From: Catajapyx aquilonaris
Taxonomy: Eukaryota
Assembly: GCA_000934665.2 (NCBI GenBank)
Contig: JYFJ02000887.1
Span: forward strand, 1 to 64,000
Reading direction: 5' to 3'
Length of the DNA: 64,000 bases
The position numbers were made by a program, and so were the translations under genes. Shown piece by piece: positions 48,719 through 63,400 of the stretch (its first letter is position 1; each line of letters starts with the position of its first letter). Under the pieces are notes generated by a model, which saw only the letters and a program-made list of their open reading frames with translations, searched no databases and was not told the origin of the DNA.

Positions 48719-51700
48719 GATAAATTTAATCCATTGTAATAGTCAGCAACTGGTTGGCCAACAAAATGCTATCCCACACGCGGTACTGCTTACGTCTAGA
48801 GTCTCGACAATTATGCCAGTGACGTCATGTCTGGTCCACTGCCCAGCCAAACTTGACGCATAATTTCGCTGGGCAGATGTGCCGACCATTGGAATGGGCT
48901 TGTTGTCATTCGCAGATTCTCTCGCGAACCTCGATATTCGCAACGTGGGACCAGGTACTCAAACCCGTTTGCCCGCCTGAAGCCATACCGTTACACAGCC
49001 GAGCAGCTCGAGCGTAAGAAACTGCTCGCACACATTCGCACACACATAATGACCGTGTCCACCTATTTAAAAATGGCCACCATGCAGCTGGCTCCGGGCG
49101 ATTGTCCACATCCTGGACTTTTCGGCCCAAGTCGGTAACATCCGCAACAATGCAACGACTGTCCAGGACCCGGAAGCGACTAGGTTCTTCTTGGTCTCCC
49201 CTGCGGGGTCTTCTTCTCCTCCGACTGGAAAACCCACCTATCCAGCTCCGGCGCTGATTGACCCGCTCTCCATCCTCCGCCACAAAGAAGGAAGGAAGAC
49301 TGGCTCCAGGGGAAGAACCAGCCCCCCAGGAAAAACCTATCCTTCGTCCGGCTCCACAAAGGACCCCGCCTATTAACATATCCCATTTTTCATCCGGTCT
49401 CACCTCCTCTGAAGGAGGCTCCCCCCCGACACCCGAGACAATGAGCCAACTAGCCAAAAAATATCGGCAGACATTCGGCCCGGATTACTTCCCCAAAACT
49501 TACCACATGTCAGCGGCAAGGCAAGGCTCCAGTTGGATCAGGGAATCCAGCTTGGCCCGATCCGATGCACACACTCACAAAGCGCACACACTGACTAAAG
49601 CCATCGTCACCGGCTACTATCGGCGCTGCTACTGCTGCTCCTTAGAAAAACAGGCCATTCGTCACCATCACGCGTCGTCATCGGTCGAGCTCCCCCCCCC
49701 CCCNCCTCAACTGCCCGCCCCCCTATACCAGCCAGATTCCAACAATCCTTCTAATGGAGAAAACAAAACTGCAATCAGCCGGCTTGTCAGCGCCTGCGTG
49801 GGAAGGCGCTGGCACACGTGGACAAGTAGGTCTCTAATGCTAAGGTTAGTGGCGACCATCCGCAATAAATCACCACTAACTCGCCTGAATTAGATCCGCA
49901 GGTAAACAACATGCGCACGGCACACTTCCCCTTCATACACTATCAAGCTCCTTCATTTGCCTTGCAATCGCACTTCGCCTTGTCATGCATGACAAAAGAA
50001 TTCCGGTCCGGACACTGACAGACAGTGCGAGAAGTCCGGCGATTTGCGCACACAGCGATTGCGTCCCCACGGCTTCTGATTATTCAGACATGTACTATAT
50101 AGTCGCGGTATCGGACGAGATTCCTGCCGGAGCATTTATCCCGAATGCCGCGAAGAAAAATTCCGCAATTGGACATATCTTTAACCCCCCGAGTGACGAG
50201 ACCGGTGACCTCACAAATTCCTGGAATCCGGGCCTGCCAACCGTGACCGGATTTTTCAACAAATCCGCCCAAAAAGCGGCGCCGGGGAGAAATCTGCTCG
50301 AATGCAGCACCGTGCCGGCGTTAAAAATGCATGGCGTCGATTGTACGTGATTCCCCCAGCGGTAAGCGATTGCGTCGCCCGTTGCATAAACAAAACCAGG
50401 TCTATGTCAGCATCCAACGACAAGGCCCTTTTCCCCTTCTCAATGCCACCGCAACTAACGCTTTCTAGTGCAAATTAAGGCCATAGTCTTCCTGTCACTC
50501 CCCGCAGTAATGATCCGATGCAAACGGGGGCAACGCATGAATATAACTTTTGCTCCCAAAAAACGCGGGTTCAAAATAGAGCCCCTGCAGTTAGTCACAT
50601 ATCCTGACTGGAAGTAGGCCGCTTCCGACCATACCCGGGATTTACCGCACATAGTCAGCCATTTCCGGAGAATAATAACGCGACACTTGTTGACACCCCA
50701 CTGGCCGCAGGTTCCACCCGATATGTGCCATTGCCAGCACCCTCAGTGTGCCAAGGTGACACCCACCCGTATATGGACACGAATCTGAACATTTTGGCTG
50801 TATCCAACGTATGTCGGGGGAGGGAGCTCTCACGACCCACACACGTGCACACACTCACTAGAACATCGGCTGTCCGGACTGTCCTCACCCTCCGACTCAT
50901 CCCGAGCAACCCAGCTGTGGAAGGTCCGCCACCACACTAAAGAGGCCCGATGCGAAACAGAAAGTGGCACACTGGCCTACTTTTGCAGCCGGCCGGCCCA
51001 ATCAAGGTCCGCGCCGCCTCTGACGTCACCTAAGCCGGCTCGAAAAAATTCCTCTTCATACCACGGTTGCTGATGGTGCTGTAGTTATACCTGGAGGATG
51101 GGACATATACGTCGCCCACGCGACCAACCATTCCCTACGTCACCCCCTACAAGGTGCGTGACCTGCATGGCTCCCGGGGAAGTGGGTCAGCCCGCCGAAG
51201 AGATCGTCAACGTCGCTAGAGTTACGCTTCCGCCCCCGCGCCTGTTCCATCCATCATCGACAGTGACGTCACTGCCCATGCCTGCAACCATTTGCCACCG
51301 GGCCCTCCGGATGCTGTCGAGAAAGCCGGCCCGGATTACCAACCCAATCAATCACCCTTCCGATATTTAATTGCTATAAGTGCTAGATCTGATCGGAGAG
51401 AATCCACAGGGAGGGGATAAGTCCCGGGTCCAATTATTATATTTTTTCTACCGGTTCTCATACACACTCATTCTCATCGTGCATTTTGGACACGCTCTCG
51501 CGCGTACCGGCCGTACTGGACTTTTTTCTTCTTCTTTTTTTTGCGCGATTTTTCCATGGCTGACAAGAAACGGGTTTGCTCACGCTTGTTAATATATTGC
51601 AGAATTGGGGAGGAACCGGCTTTAGTCACCGAATTTCCTCTACAAATATAACAACACTGAGCCTCCGATGCATACAATGTAACTGAAATCCCACAACCGG

Positions 51701-54700
51701 GACGTATACACCTTGTTTTAGGAGCACGCAGAACCTGCATAAATATTTAGTGCCGGGCCCACAACTAATGTCTCAACGCTGAACAAACCAGTTATCCGCT
51801 ACAAGTTACACAAGATTAGTTACAACATTACACCGCGCCAAACTTGTACGTAGCCGAGTTAAGTACGAGTCCTGCACGGCATGCTGTCTGCCATAAATTG
51901 CACGTACAATATACGCACCAACACTGAGGCTGTTCCGCCCTGTACATGTCCCTCCAGCGTGACACCAACACCGCGGAGGTTAGTTACAGGCTCGGCCAAG
52001 TGATTAACCCACGGAGGACTGAAGCCCGTTTTGTTTTTGGAAGCACCCAACATTGGGAGAAAAAAAGATGGCGCTACCACCGTTTGGCACCGGTCCTGCA
52101 CCGGCGTTTCACCCCTTTTTCCCAGGCGGCAATTGCGCCGTATGTGTAGGCGGGTTTGGATGGGTTCAACGGCGCTGGGGCTGCACTATGCCAGTAGGGA
52201 GCCTCCTCCCCCACCCTTGAAGCAGCAATGGCCTCACCTCAAACTAGGATCAAAGTCCTCCCCAGCAATCCCCCCCTCTGTCTATGTTATGTACCCAACT
52301 CCCCCTGTATAGGCTTTGACGATATATATGAGCTATTTGAGAGCTTGACCAGGCCTAAGTGAAATTCTTCCTGGGGCGGACAGATTTCTCAAGCCGGGTG
52401 GTAATTAATAGGTAAAGGTGAATTTCTCATGGAAGGGGCGTGGGGGAGGACATCACCTTACCCTCCCTCCCAAAAAATTCGCGTGCCGAACGTGCATTAT
52501 GGAACCCTCGCAAAGTGCACAAAAGAAGTAGGACGTCTTACAACTTTGTGCCTCAGTAGCCCTTTCACCAGTATGAAAATGCAGCATAAACGGTTTCCCC
52601 TTATGAAATAGAAGGACAACGTTCGTTGTTTCAGCATGCTGTTTGTGCGCAATAAAATCGTCATGTCGGATGCACAGACCTCTCTGACAAGAGACACTCG
52701 ATTCACGTCATAGCCGTAATACATCTACTCATAAATTACACTGAATGGTGTAATGATGATGGTATGCACTTTGTCCGTTTCCACAACCTGTCAGTTGTTA
52801 CATAGAGGCTATATAGAAGCTACTCTAGTACATTGTCAAAACCTAATGGTTGAGTTGCGAAGTAAAATTTTTGCGCATCTTCAAAACCGGTTTTCGCAGC
52901 CAACTGCTCGAGACAAAAAGTGCTCTCCTCTTCTCGGTTGCTTCTGCAGAACCGGAAAGTCGTCTGCTACACATTCGGTAGCACATTTGCGAAGCACCTG
53001 GTTCAATAATGCTGGTCTCCACTAAACAGATCAGTACCTCCATAAAACCACAAGTTGCCATATAACCGCTCAAAAACTAGTTCGAGAAACAAACATAATT
53101 ATGAGCTAATATTGCTGACAACATATAGCTGCTCGTCACTAAGCGAATAAATTACGAGAAAGACAAATAGTTAGTGTCCATACACGATTTATACACATCA
53201 CGGTATACTAACACAACCGCATAAAACACTGGGTAACAGGTGTTTGATGATAAAGGAAGGCTAAATAATGATACACACAATACAGTATGTACTGTAGATG
53301 TTGACTGATACTAAGTTCTATTTTTATTTATCAGATATGCAGGAGGGGGAAACAGCTTGATTTGTTGAAGGGTATTTTCTCAAGGTGAAATTCAATACAA
53401 CGTATAGCCTGCTGTATGTTATGTCGCCGAGCAGCATGCTGCAGTGGAAGGCATGCTCTCGGACTGCATACTTGAACAGGATGAAATACATGTTCATGAG
53501 GGTAATAGTTGGTGTACCGACTGTTTCTGATGTAACTGGTAAAATAAAAAGTAAAAGAAAATGCACGTTATGTAAACGAGGGAACTGTTGGAATCGATAA
53601 TAATTACTGGCGTATCATTATTTCTTAGGTCAATTAGTTCGTGCCCGATTAAGCATTACTGTATACAGGGTGGTACACTACCTAAATCGATAACTCCAAC
53701 AAATGGGGCGTGGTATAAAGTGATGGATTACACATACGCATTCCCACTGGCAGATCCCGCTGTGTATTCGGAAGTGAAGTGCGCATGCTCCACTGGACGT
53801 TTAACCCCAACCATTGATGGAATACCGTTTAATGTACCCCCAAGTTCAGTCAAGATTGTGTAATCCCCATCGCCACATGCCGCTGTTACATATACAATAA
53901 AAGAATATTTGGGCCCGCATGTACAAAACCAGTAAATGTCACACCAAGGCAGGCTTATCATATCATGTTATTTCTCTTTCTGTTTGTATTTATCTTTCGC
54001 CCCCCCTATGCCTCATGCCCCCTATCAGGCTCAGCGATACGCAATCACCCTCCAATCAGCTCCACTAGCCAAAACCCGACTCCATTACATAAACTGAAGG
54101 AAAGCCTTGTATGTAACCGCGCGCAAAAAAAAAATAATATCGGTACTCTATAGCAGAGCGGCGCGATTATGGTAATGCGCCGAGTAACATTTCGGAAGGA
54201 AAGGGCACGATTTCTCCCGCCGTGATGTGTAATGTTACTTAACGGTGATTCTCCCTCGCCCACTCTTCGCCCATTAATTTCGGAATTAATTTCGCCCAGC
54301 AGAGACATGTTTGCCTGGGTCCCGAGCTTGTGTATAAAGCGGGGCATGCAAGATTTAGACATCTGCAGGGTGTAAACTCGTCCCTGGATCTTGGGAATTG
54401 GCGCAGACTTTTAATCCCTAGATTCAACCCGTAAATCCCCGCATCCATTATTCCCTTTTGTGGGCCGGGAATTATCATTTCAAAAAGTAATGAACCCCCC
54501 CTGGTTTTGCCTGCCTTTACCATGGAGAAACAACACCATGGCCAAGCGACAGATCAATACTTCTCTCCTCTTCCTATAATTACACAAGAATTAGTGACAG
54601 GTACTTTTGGAAGGTTGTCCGTCGTGCAGGGTCAACACTTGCTCTGGCCAAAAAAACAACTATACCAGTTGGGTAAATACGAGCTGCTCCCCCCCAAAAT

Positions 54701-57700
54701 TGGTCAGGGGAACTTGAGGAGGTCCTCCCTTTCGCTTTCAATCGGGGGAAGCGATCAACCTTCGTCGACCCTGAAATATCCCTTTCTTCCACTTTTACCC
54801 TGCCCCATTGTTCCACACCCTCCCAACGAAAAGGAACAGAGGGGGTTGCCCGGTACGGCAGAGCCTCACCAAAACACTTTTCGACATGCTTCCCATCTGA
54901 AAAGCTCCCCCTTTTTCTGGTCCTGTCAACCCAGCTGGGATGCACGAAACACCTGCTCCTTTCCATGCCTTTTTCTCCCCCACCTAGATCCCACCCCACC
55001 CAATTTCAAATGCATAGTTGTGCTGCCCCTGCCCCCAAAAGCGCGCCCGATGCTACATCAGCCCACGAAATGTTTACCCGGTATCGTGCCACCCGACGGT
55101 TAAAGGCAATCAGATACGTGGGATTTAGCGGCAGAGTCGGTCGTTTGTATGCCAAAAATGTTTGGATATGTATGAACACGTGATATCATCCCCCCACCCC
55201 CGCAGCCTCCCTCAAACAAAGGTATTTAATATGACGACAGGGAATGGAACTGGTTTCATGCGACCGAAAAATAACGGCCGTACAAATTTTATGCTCCCTA
55301 CGCATGCAATCCCGACTGCGCCAGTGCCTTTTCCGCGTACGTAACAATCCGGACCAGGAATTCGGGCTGACCACCAGGGGGTCCTACGTGCCACTCCGCC
55401 CGCTTGGCACCGCACCCAGACCCGCCAATGTCCCAGTGACCAAGTAAAAGTGCGTAGGGGACCTTCAAAATACCCTAACCTTCGCTACAGAAAGGGAGAG
55501 TGAGAGGCGCTAAAAAGTATTATGTGCCCGGGTATGGGTGGGGAGGACACGTTTAAAAAAAATTGAAAATATGAGCAAACCCGGAGGGTACGGAAAAAGA
55601 TGTGGGGTTGGAATAAAATGGGTGTGGGAGGGGCTACTTCCCCAACCCCACCCTATACCCTTCATCCCTCTCTGCCGCAACCCACGGCCCATTCCAGTCC
55701 ACCTCCTCCCCTTTTCCACCCTGGGTATTGATCCTACACCCTGTTGCCAACTGGTGCTCCCCCACCCAGTATCTCCCTCTCTCTTCTCATCCCAGCTCCC
55801 CATTCACTACTCCCCAAGTGTGTCAAGTTTCACATCCTCCCGCTCGCATAATAGCCGACATATGTAGGATGCACCCCCCACCACCCCCTCGATGTCAACC
55901 CCACACACACTGGCAACTCTGCACTTCAGTGCAAGTGTCAATACATTCCCGCACGCAATGTGTTCCGTGACGTCACGCGCATCGACCCGCATACCCTTGT
56001 ACCCGTGAAAATTGCTTCGGCCGCACCCAACGCACAATGCCGCGTTCAGAAATTCAATTTTCTTCCCTCGTGGGGAAAACTTGGGAAGGGGAGGAAAAAA
56101 GCCCATAAAAATTCCGTCAGATCCGTTGGCAGCCCTGGTTGGTTTGATTGACGCGCGGACTTTGACGCAAAAGCCGACCACAAGGTGGACGCGTCTCATA
56201 TTTCCCCTGTCCGGCCCGAGGAAGGACATCTCTCTCTCCCCCCCCCCCCCCATCCCACCCACTTTCTCATCAATCACCGTCGCTTCAGAAAAGTCCATAC
56301 TGGCCTCCCCTCTCCTGCCCCGAGGGCTGCCTTTTCCACACTTATTATGCTTTCCAGCACCCGCCAGGAGGTGCAATTAACCGCGGCAATTGCACCCACC
56401 CAAACTAGTTTCGAGGAATATCACGATGACCGCTGGCCACACCGGACCATAAAAGCAAGCTCCTACAGATCTGGATTATTCAGCCGCTGTTTTACATACC
56501 GATGAAGAAGAAAAAAAATACCTTGCGTAACTCGTCATACCCAGAGTTGTAATACTCGGCGCCGGTTTGCGGGTACGTCACGCGAATATCGAGTCCCCCT
56601 CCAAGTTGTCCCAAGTTACAAGTGACGACGTGGAGTTCAATGGACAAGCCAGGTTCACGTAGATAAGGCATTCGGCAGAAGGGGGTGATCGATATCTAGC
56701 CTTATTGATCACGGGGGGGGCCCGCCTTTACTTGCTACCAACAATCAGGTGCTCAGTTACAATGAGTTTCTTGCAAGGGATGGTAGGTTGAGTAAAGGTA
56801 ACCTTGACTGGGATACGAGCGCAATGGCCCTTACAAGCTTCGTAACGCAACTATCCATCTTCCTCGCGTCATTTTCAGCTTTTTTCATTCCCATTCGCGG
56901 GAAAAACTGGCTGCAGGGGAAGGAAAAAAACGGCCGGCATTTATTCATTCATCCAGTCATGCTTTTATTAATCCGGCTGAAATGTAATTTAATTTCCTCG
57001 GGGGCAAAAATTTCCCCGCGGCCAACGGATATAACACCGCAACAAAAAGCGGAAGACCGCGCACAATTGGCTCGCATTTATCAGTTTAGCGTGATCAATT
57101 CAATGAGACAATTCAAGTTCGCCTCAAACAGGTATCAAAAATACCTCCAGCAATGTCAACCACTTGGGCCACCAAAAGTGGGGTATTATTTTCGTGTGTT
57201 CGAATATCCCTTCCAATCAATAATGCGGTGAATTGGTGACACCGCCAAATTCCGAGAAGTGATCCCGCCAATGGTTCCTCTTCAGGCCTCTACCCAGAAA
57301 TTTCCAGCGCATAATTGGGCATGTGGCCGAATCCCGTTACACGAATCGCTACCTCCCTATCTGACTTCCTATGGAATCCACGTCCCGCAATTAAAACGCA
57401 TGACAACTGAACAATTCCGCAAACTGGCCTTCGGGGGCCACGTATTTGGCCCCCCCATGGCTTGCACATCAGGGTCGAGAGCACGTCCCTAAAACCCGCC
57501 TTCAATTCCGCACCGCACTAAAGCCGATAAGTTCTTAAAACAACATCCATACAGAGCTGCTTCCACGTTCCGCCCGGATTTTTTTCCGCCCGATCCCCAT
57601 CCATGCGCAAAAATCGGCAACCCCTGACCTTGGGGACCTCCCTTACCCATATCTGGTGGTACTCACCCCGCATATTCCGCAACCGCAGTGGGCATGTGGC

Positions 57701-60435
57701 ATGCATCAATCTCGGAGACCTCATCAAGACGGCTGCTCCGAAACTACACACTCTCACTCCATGCTCCCCATATGCACTCAACACTGCCGCACCGCCCAAA
57801 AAAAAGGCACACACTGGTCACAGCTCCTGGCCTTGACTAGGTCCCAGCGACTACTCCACTAACCACCAACCAGAGGGCCCACCCTGCCAGTGATGTAACA
57901 GTCCTCATCATTGATCCTGCCGACCGTTTTTTTTTTTTCAGGCTCCCCACTACCACAACCCCCCCTCACACTGGAAGATTCCAAGTGTCCCCTCAGATGG
58001 ACGCAACACCGGCCACCGAAAGTGGAGGAACGACCGACCCGACTAGACCGATGTGACCTTGGTGACGACACACTTCAGTGGGGGGTACACAGGGAGGTGG
58101 GGGCACGTACGTATATGTGTGTGTGCGCCCGCCAACCAATGCGGCCGCGTTTCTTATATCGCGGGATGTCCAGAGTTGGAACTACCGGAGCACCGGACTA
58201 GTGTGTGCACTGTGCAGTGTCTCTCCTCGCCTCTCCGGCTCTGGATAGCGCTGTTTATCAGCNCCCCTTCGCAAGCCACATGCATATCGATCTACCCCGC
58301 ACTACCACACATAGACACTACCCGCCATCTATCTTACTACCCAGAGTGGGGAGGTGTGAAGGCTATACATGCCGCACAAGGACAAAACGGAACCGACTGT
58401 GCATCGTCACCATCACCAGCTCACTGCACCAAAATATTCCGCCTTGAGCCAGCCGGTTGGCACCACTGCGCCCAACCCTCCCATCCACACTACACCCCCG
58501 CGCTCAGCGGATTACGTAACGCTCTGGGGAGGATGAGAATTTCGTTTTCTGGGTTGTGAAGTTTCACACACGGCACAGGGGCCATTCAACAACGCGCACG
58601 TACATATCGGCAGCAAGTTCAGCTGTCGGTAAATAAATACGAGGTACCCTGTCAGTCCCCACATATCCGCAGTCTCTCTAACGAACCCTATTTGTGCTAC
58701 TCGCAAATTGCAATTACCCCCTCAATATGTAAACAAGGAGTGAATCACACACAAAAAAACATTAAAAAAAGCAAGGCCGGTTGCCATGCGGACTGTGCCC
58801 ATTCGCTGGCAGAGGGGGAAGCCAGAATTCTTACCCATACACATTGTCACGTCATGTTAACACCCCCTGGGCAGCAAAGCCTCAACAATTACTGAACCTG
58901 CTCGCTCCTCTACAACTCTTATCTACACCCGAGATAGTGAGGCCCCCTTTGTCCATTTGGAAACGAGAGAGAGAGAGAGAGAGGTTCAACCTGCACCCCT
59001 CCTTGACCTTTCCATCCTAATGGACGAGGCGTGGAAACACTCCAAAATGCTCGCCTTATACATTTTTTTTAACTCTAGTCCATTACTCCAATTGGTGCAG
59101 ATGAGGCTTACTAGCTTCTCTATGGCTACTCCTGTCACGGGGGTGATTCTGTGACTCACTGTGGTCATATGAAAAGCAGCTCCGACGTCTGTGTGGCCTG
59201 ATAACAATGCACCAGAAGATATACTCGCTGGTCACCATTTCTAATATTCCCAACCCATGCGTGCAGCAGCTTTCCGCGAATGAAGCATATTAGTGGACAG
59301 CTCCCTGCCAAGCACATGTTACTCGCTGCACCTGTATGCGCATGAAATTTCTCAGTCCGACGGCTCCCAATTGCAGGGTGCAGCCGTTCACTCCAAATTA
59401 AAAGTGCTCGCATGCACTTACGCAGCGCTTCCACGCCGGAAGCCACAACCTGCAATTGTCACTTAAAATACTGCCCCCGCCGTGCAAGGTGCATCCCAAA
59501 ACACGTCACGGTCAGCACGAGTCTCGCCACACAGATGGGGAATAAATAAGCTCATTTCACCTCTCAACTGACACCATATTGCGCTACAGACGTTTAAAAT
59601 TTGGTGTAAATCTGGGATCGTAGCACCGGTCCCATTCTTAATGTAAAAAAAAAAAAAAATGTTCCACCTCTTTCGGCAAGGCGAATTCGCACACACCCCG
59701 TTCTGCTCTTCTGCATGACAATTGCCGCGAGGCCTTGAGTCCCCTACCAGCCAAAGCCAGCCGAGAAGCGGCCGCATCGACCTGGCAACCCTGCAGCTGA
59801 CATTGAAAGCTCTCCAAAGGTGCGTCCTATACTTATCATTTCCATTTCGGAGAGGAACGGGTACAGCTTGGATCGTCGGCTCCTGTCCCAGACAACAAGT
59901 ATACTCGACTACCCGCCTACACATCACACTTTCCTGATAAAAATATAATTGCTTCTGGATTTTTTTGGCGGTTCAGGCTAAAGCCACTGCACGGCAGTCT
60001 CTATTTTGAACAGGTGACGTCAGCGCATGTTGCCATGGGTTAAAACCTCTCCAGCTTTTCTTTGTTCCTCTTTCCACCCATTAAAAACGAACTAATGGCA
60101 TTCCTGCGCAGATTATCCACTCGCTGATTCCCATATTGCCCTGGGGGGAATCGCCCTTTAAAAAAAAAAATGGCCACCAGTAATTAAAATCAATTTGAGG
60201 CACAAATGACTTGGAATTAGGAGGCGTTTCGCACGAACGAATCAGTGGCTGAAGGCACTTACTCAATTATACTATACCCAAACGCTCCTAAATAATATGC
60301 GGGTCCCCTAAAATTATTGTTGCAAAACACTGCTCCTCGCCACGCCAAAACTGAACTCTCGTGCCGAAAATCAGTCTCTGGTTCTACTCACATGGATACG
60401 AATGATGTTTCATGAAACTAGGCACGCCTTTTCCC

Positions 60436-60470
60436 GCTTACCTGGAAAAGAGAGGAACGTAGGAATTAAT
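60436..60470 (-). other. Candidate recursive splice site (zero-length exon) in the long taiman 5' intron
   Basis: Minus strand reads ATTAATTCCTACGTTCCTCTCTTTTCCAG|GTAAGC, with the junction at 60442/60441. Confidence 0.55.
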
Positions 60471-63400
60471 TACCCAGCAACACAATCAGAATCACATATT
60501 ATTCTCCTGGACTAGCCAACATAGCGATAGCACATATCTCATAAACAGATTTGTGTCACGCACACGCTCTTTATGACACTTGATAGCTCCCTGAATTCAT
60601 CTTGCAACAATGTAAGGCGTATAATTTGGCTCGGTCCCGGCGGGGGAAGCGAATTAAAATAATAATAAAAAAAAGGGTAGGAAACAACCCGATCGGTCGG
60701 TCGGATTTGAGACGGGTTCGGGACCTACCCCACCGCGGGGCCAAAGCCTCGTAATTTCATCCCATTCAGCTTCCTCTCCTTGGGACAGCACACTATCCAC
60801 CAAGCAGCACCAAATAGAGCAACAAATCTTGGCTGCTGCCAGCTACCTCCACAAAACCCGTAATTACGTGACCCATCCGAGACCTGGGCTTCCCTCAAAT
60901 TAATCTGCACGTTGGCAACATATCCCGCGCAATTCCGCTACGTGATTGCGAACAAGGTTCCGCTTATATGATGGCAATGACGTTGTTTAATATAATAACA
61001 AGTTACAAGTAGCAAAAACAGTGCCAATGACTGTATGGAACTACGTTTGTTTCATAGAGTCCGCCCTCCCAATTGTGGTGGATCCAAAGGTGCCGAAAGA
61101 GGTCGGGGTTGAAGCTTGGCCTACATCTCGCCATCTCACGCACTTCCGAGATTCGTCACTTCCGCTCTTTGTTGTCACTGAGCCGCTTTTTTTCACATAA
61201 CATAGACCTCATCTCTATCCCCAATCACGATCCGGCGCAAAAATGATGCTGCGCCGAGTTATTTGGGCATCATTATCACGCACTCGGCCCGCGAATTTAT
61301 TGCCATGGGGTTGGATGGGAAACAATACGCCGGTTATGGCCCAATCCGGTTCTAATGGTATTTTGCTTGCGTCGGGGAAGTAACGGGGTTTAAACGACTA
61401 GGATGAAAATGGAGAGATCAAAACGGAGAGAATTGGCTAGTGTGGCAGTGGTGCCAACAGTGCGCAAAAAGAACCGTGATTCCTCCAAGCCTCCGGAGAA
61501 AATCGATGCAGCCCCAGTTAGACCAGTAACCCAAGTGTTTCAAGGTTATGGGAGAGTGAACACGTCACAGGAAGTTCAAAAGCAACCATCATGCCGCCTC
61601 TAGAGAAATGAACAACGAGCAATTAAAAAAAAGATTGGGCAGAAAAAAAAGTGTCATGGAGTCTTGCACACCATCTTGCAAACACACATCATCCCCCAAG
61701 CCCACAGGCAAGAGGACCCATGTTGAGCTTCCAGACACTGAAACATTTCTCCATTCTTAACGAAGTTCGCCATGTGCGATGCACTTTTGAGTATACGTGT
61801 ACTTACAACCGCGATTGAAGCTCCGCGGGGGGTATTCATTGGCATGAAAAAGGGCTGGTTGCTATAGCCTTGCTTGTTTGCCCCCCGCCGATAAGCTTCT
61901 GGATAATAAAGGTTTTTACCTCACCCCACAACCATGGACCTTCCCGACTTCCATCACAGCCCACCCTCTTATTGTTCTGTAATAATCAGATACGATACCA
62001 GGCTGATATCGAGGGCTTTAATAATCGCTGACCCTTCGTAAAGGGTGCGCCCACTGCATGCTCATGACAACTGCTGACTAAAAATCCTCAATCATCATGT
62101 GACATCCAGGTGCAAATCCTGCCACATAAGACTACTGGCGAATAAATTCCCCGCCGCATGTCATAACTCATTCCTGGAATGTACGGTACCACCCTGTACA
62201 GTCATCCCCTGATAACATTTCCACACTCTGCGCATTGATTTTTACCACGGTATTTGCTGAAGCATAAATATGCAAATTATACCGACACTAAACCACGCCA
62301 AAAAAATCCGACAGCCACAAAAAAAAGCGGTCTTAAGTACCCACAAGTAGAGAGCATTATTAATATTTGCGCATGGGATGTCTGTATCCGGGCCGTTCCT
62401 CCTCCTCTTCCGCCCCGCCGGTTCCGGTCCGCCGCCCCCTAACACCCATCCAAATATTCGCAACAACTTAATTTGCGCCAAAACATTTCTTTTTCTTTTT
62501 CTGAAACCATCTCAACTGTGCCCGTACGAACAAGGGACCGCAAGATTGAGCAATCCCTCCACTATTGTGAAGATGACTTCAGACCCCAGTGTATATAATT
62601 AGGGGGCCTCTCTCTTGGTTTAGTCTTAACACTCCCGAGTTCGCGTGATGGCAGCGCCAACTCGGTTCTCACGTGATGGTTCGAGGATGTCAGGTTCGCG
62701 TCAGATCGACACACAGATTGTCGTGTGCAGCTTCCATTTTGGAGGCTCGCTGCTGTCAGGGGGCTTCCAAGGTACCTTTGGATCGTGCACGCCACGGTGA
62801 ATACCCTCCTATGATACATTTTCAGCGATCTATCTTTTATATTTCGCCTGCTGGTCAAACATGCTCTTTGCTTGCCATTTTGACGAAGTGTCATCGCGTG
62901 CATGACACGTCCTATCCAACCGGAAACCTCTTACTTTGTAACGGCTCTGAGTATTTATTCTGTTACAATTTGTTGAGCACAATTGGAGCAGTAGCGTCTC
63001 CAAATATGTCAAAAGACTTCATCATAAAGGCCCCTCCTTTTCCTTGCACTTGATACTGCATGCCAATACATTTATACTGTATACAAACGCGGGCATCGCA
63101 TGCGCCAATATAATGATAGACTATTGTGGGCAGGTGAACCTGGTCGCGTGAAGGCCAAGAACACCCCATCGGTGAATGACACCTCGCTTTTCAAATATCT
63201 TTTCATTATTTTCTTTTCAGTGTCCACCCCCTCGCCAGCCGCCCACCCGCCATCTCACAATTATTGTCTGCCTTTCTGGCTGCCACCGACACTAATATTC
63301 CTCCAGGTTGGACACCCCGGTTAATTTCAATCGACATAGGTATCCCCCCCCAATCCTCCCCTGACACACACACACACTCTCTCTCCCTCCCTCCCTCTCT

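Noticed and set aside
53663..62197. TACAGGGTGGTAC and its reverse complement 8.5 kb apart as mariner TIRs
   Set aside because: Only a 13-bp match with no transposase remnant between them. Probably coincidence or unrelated fragments.
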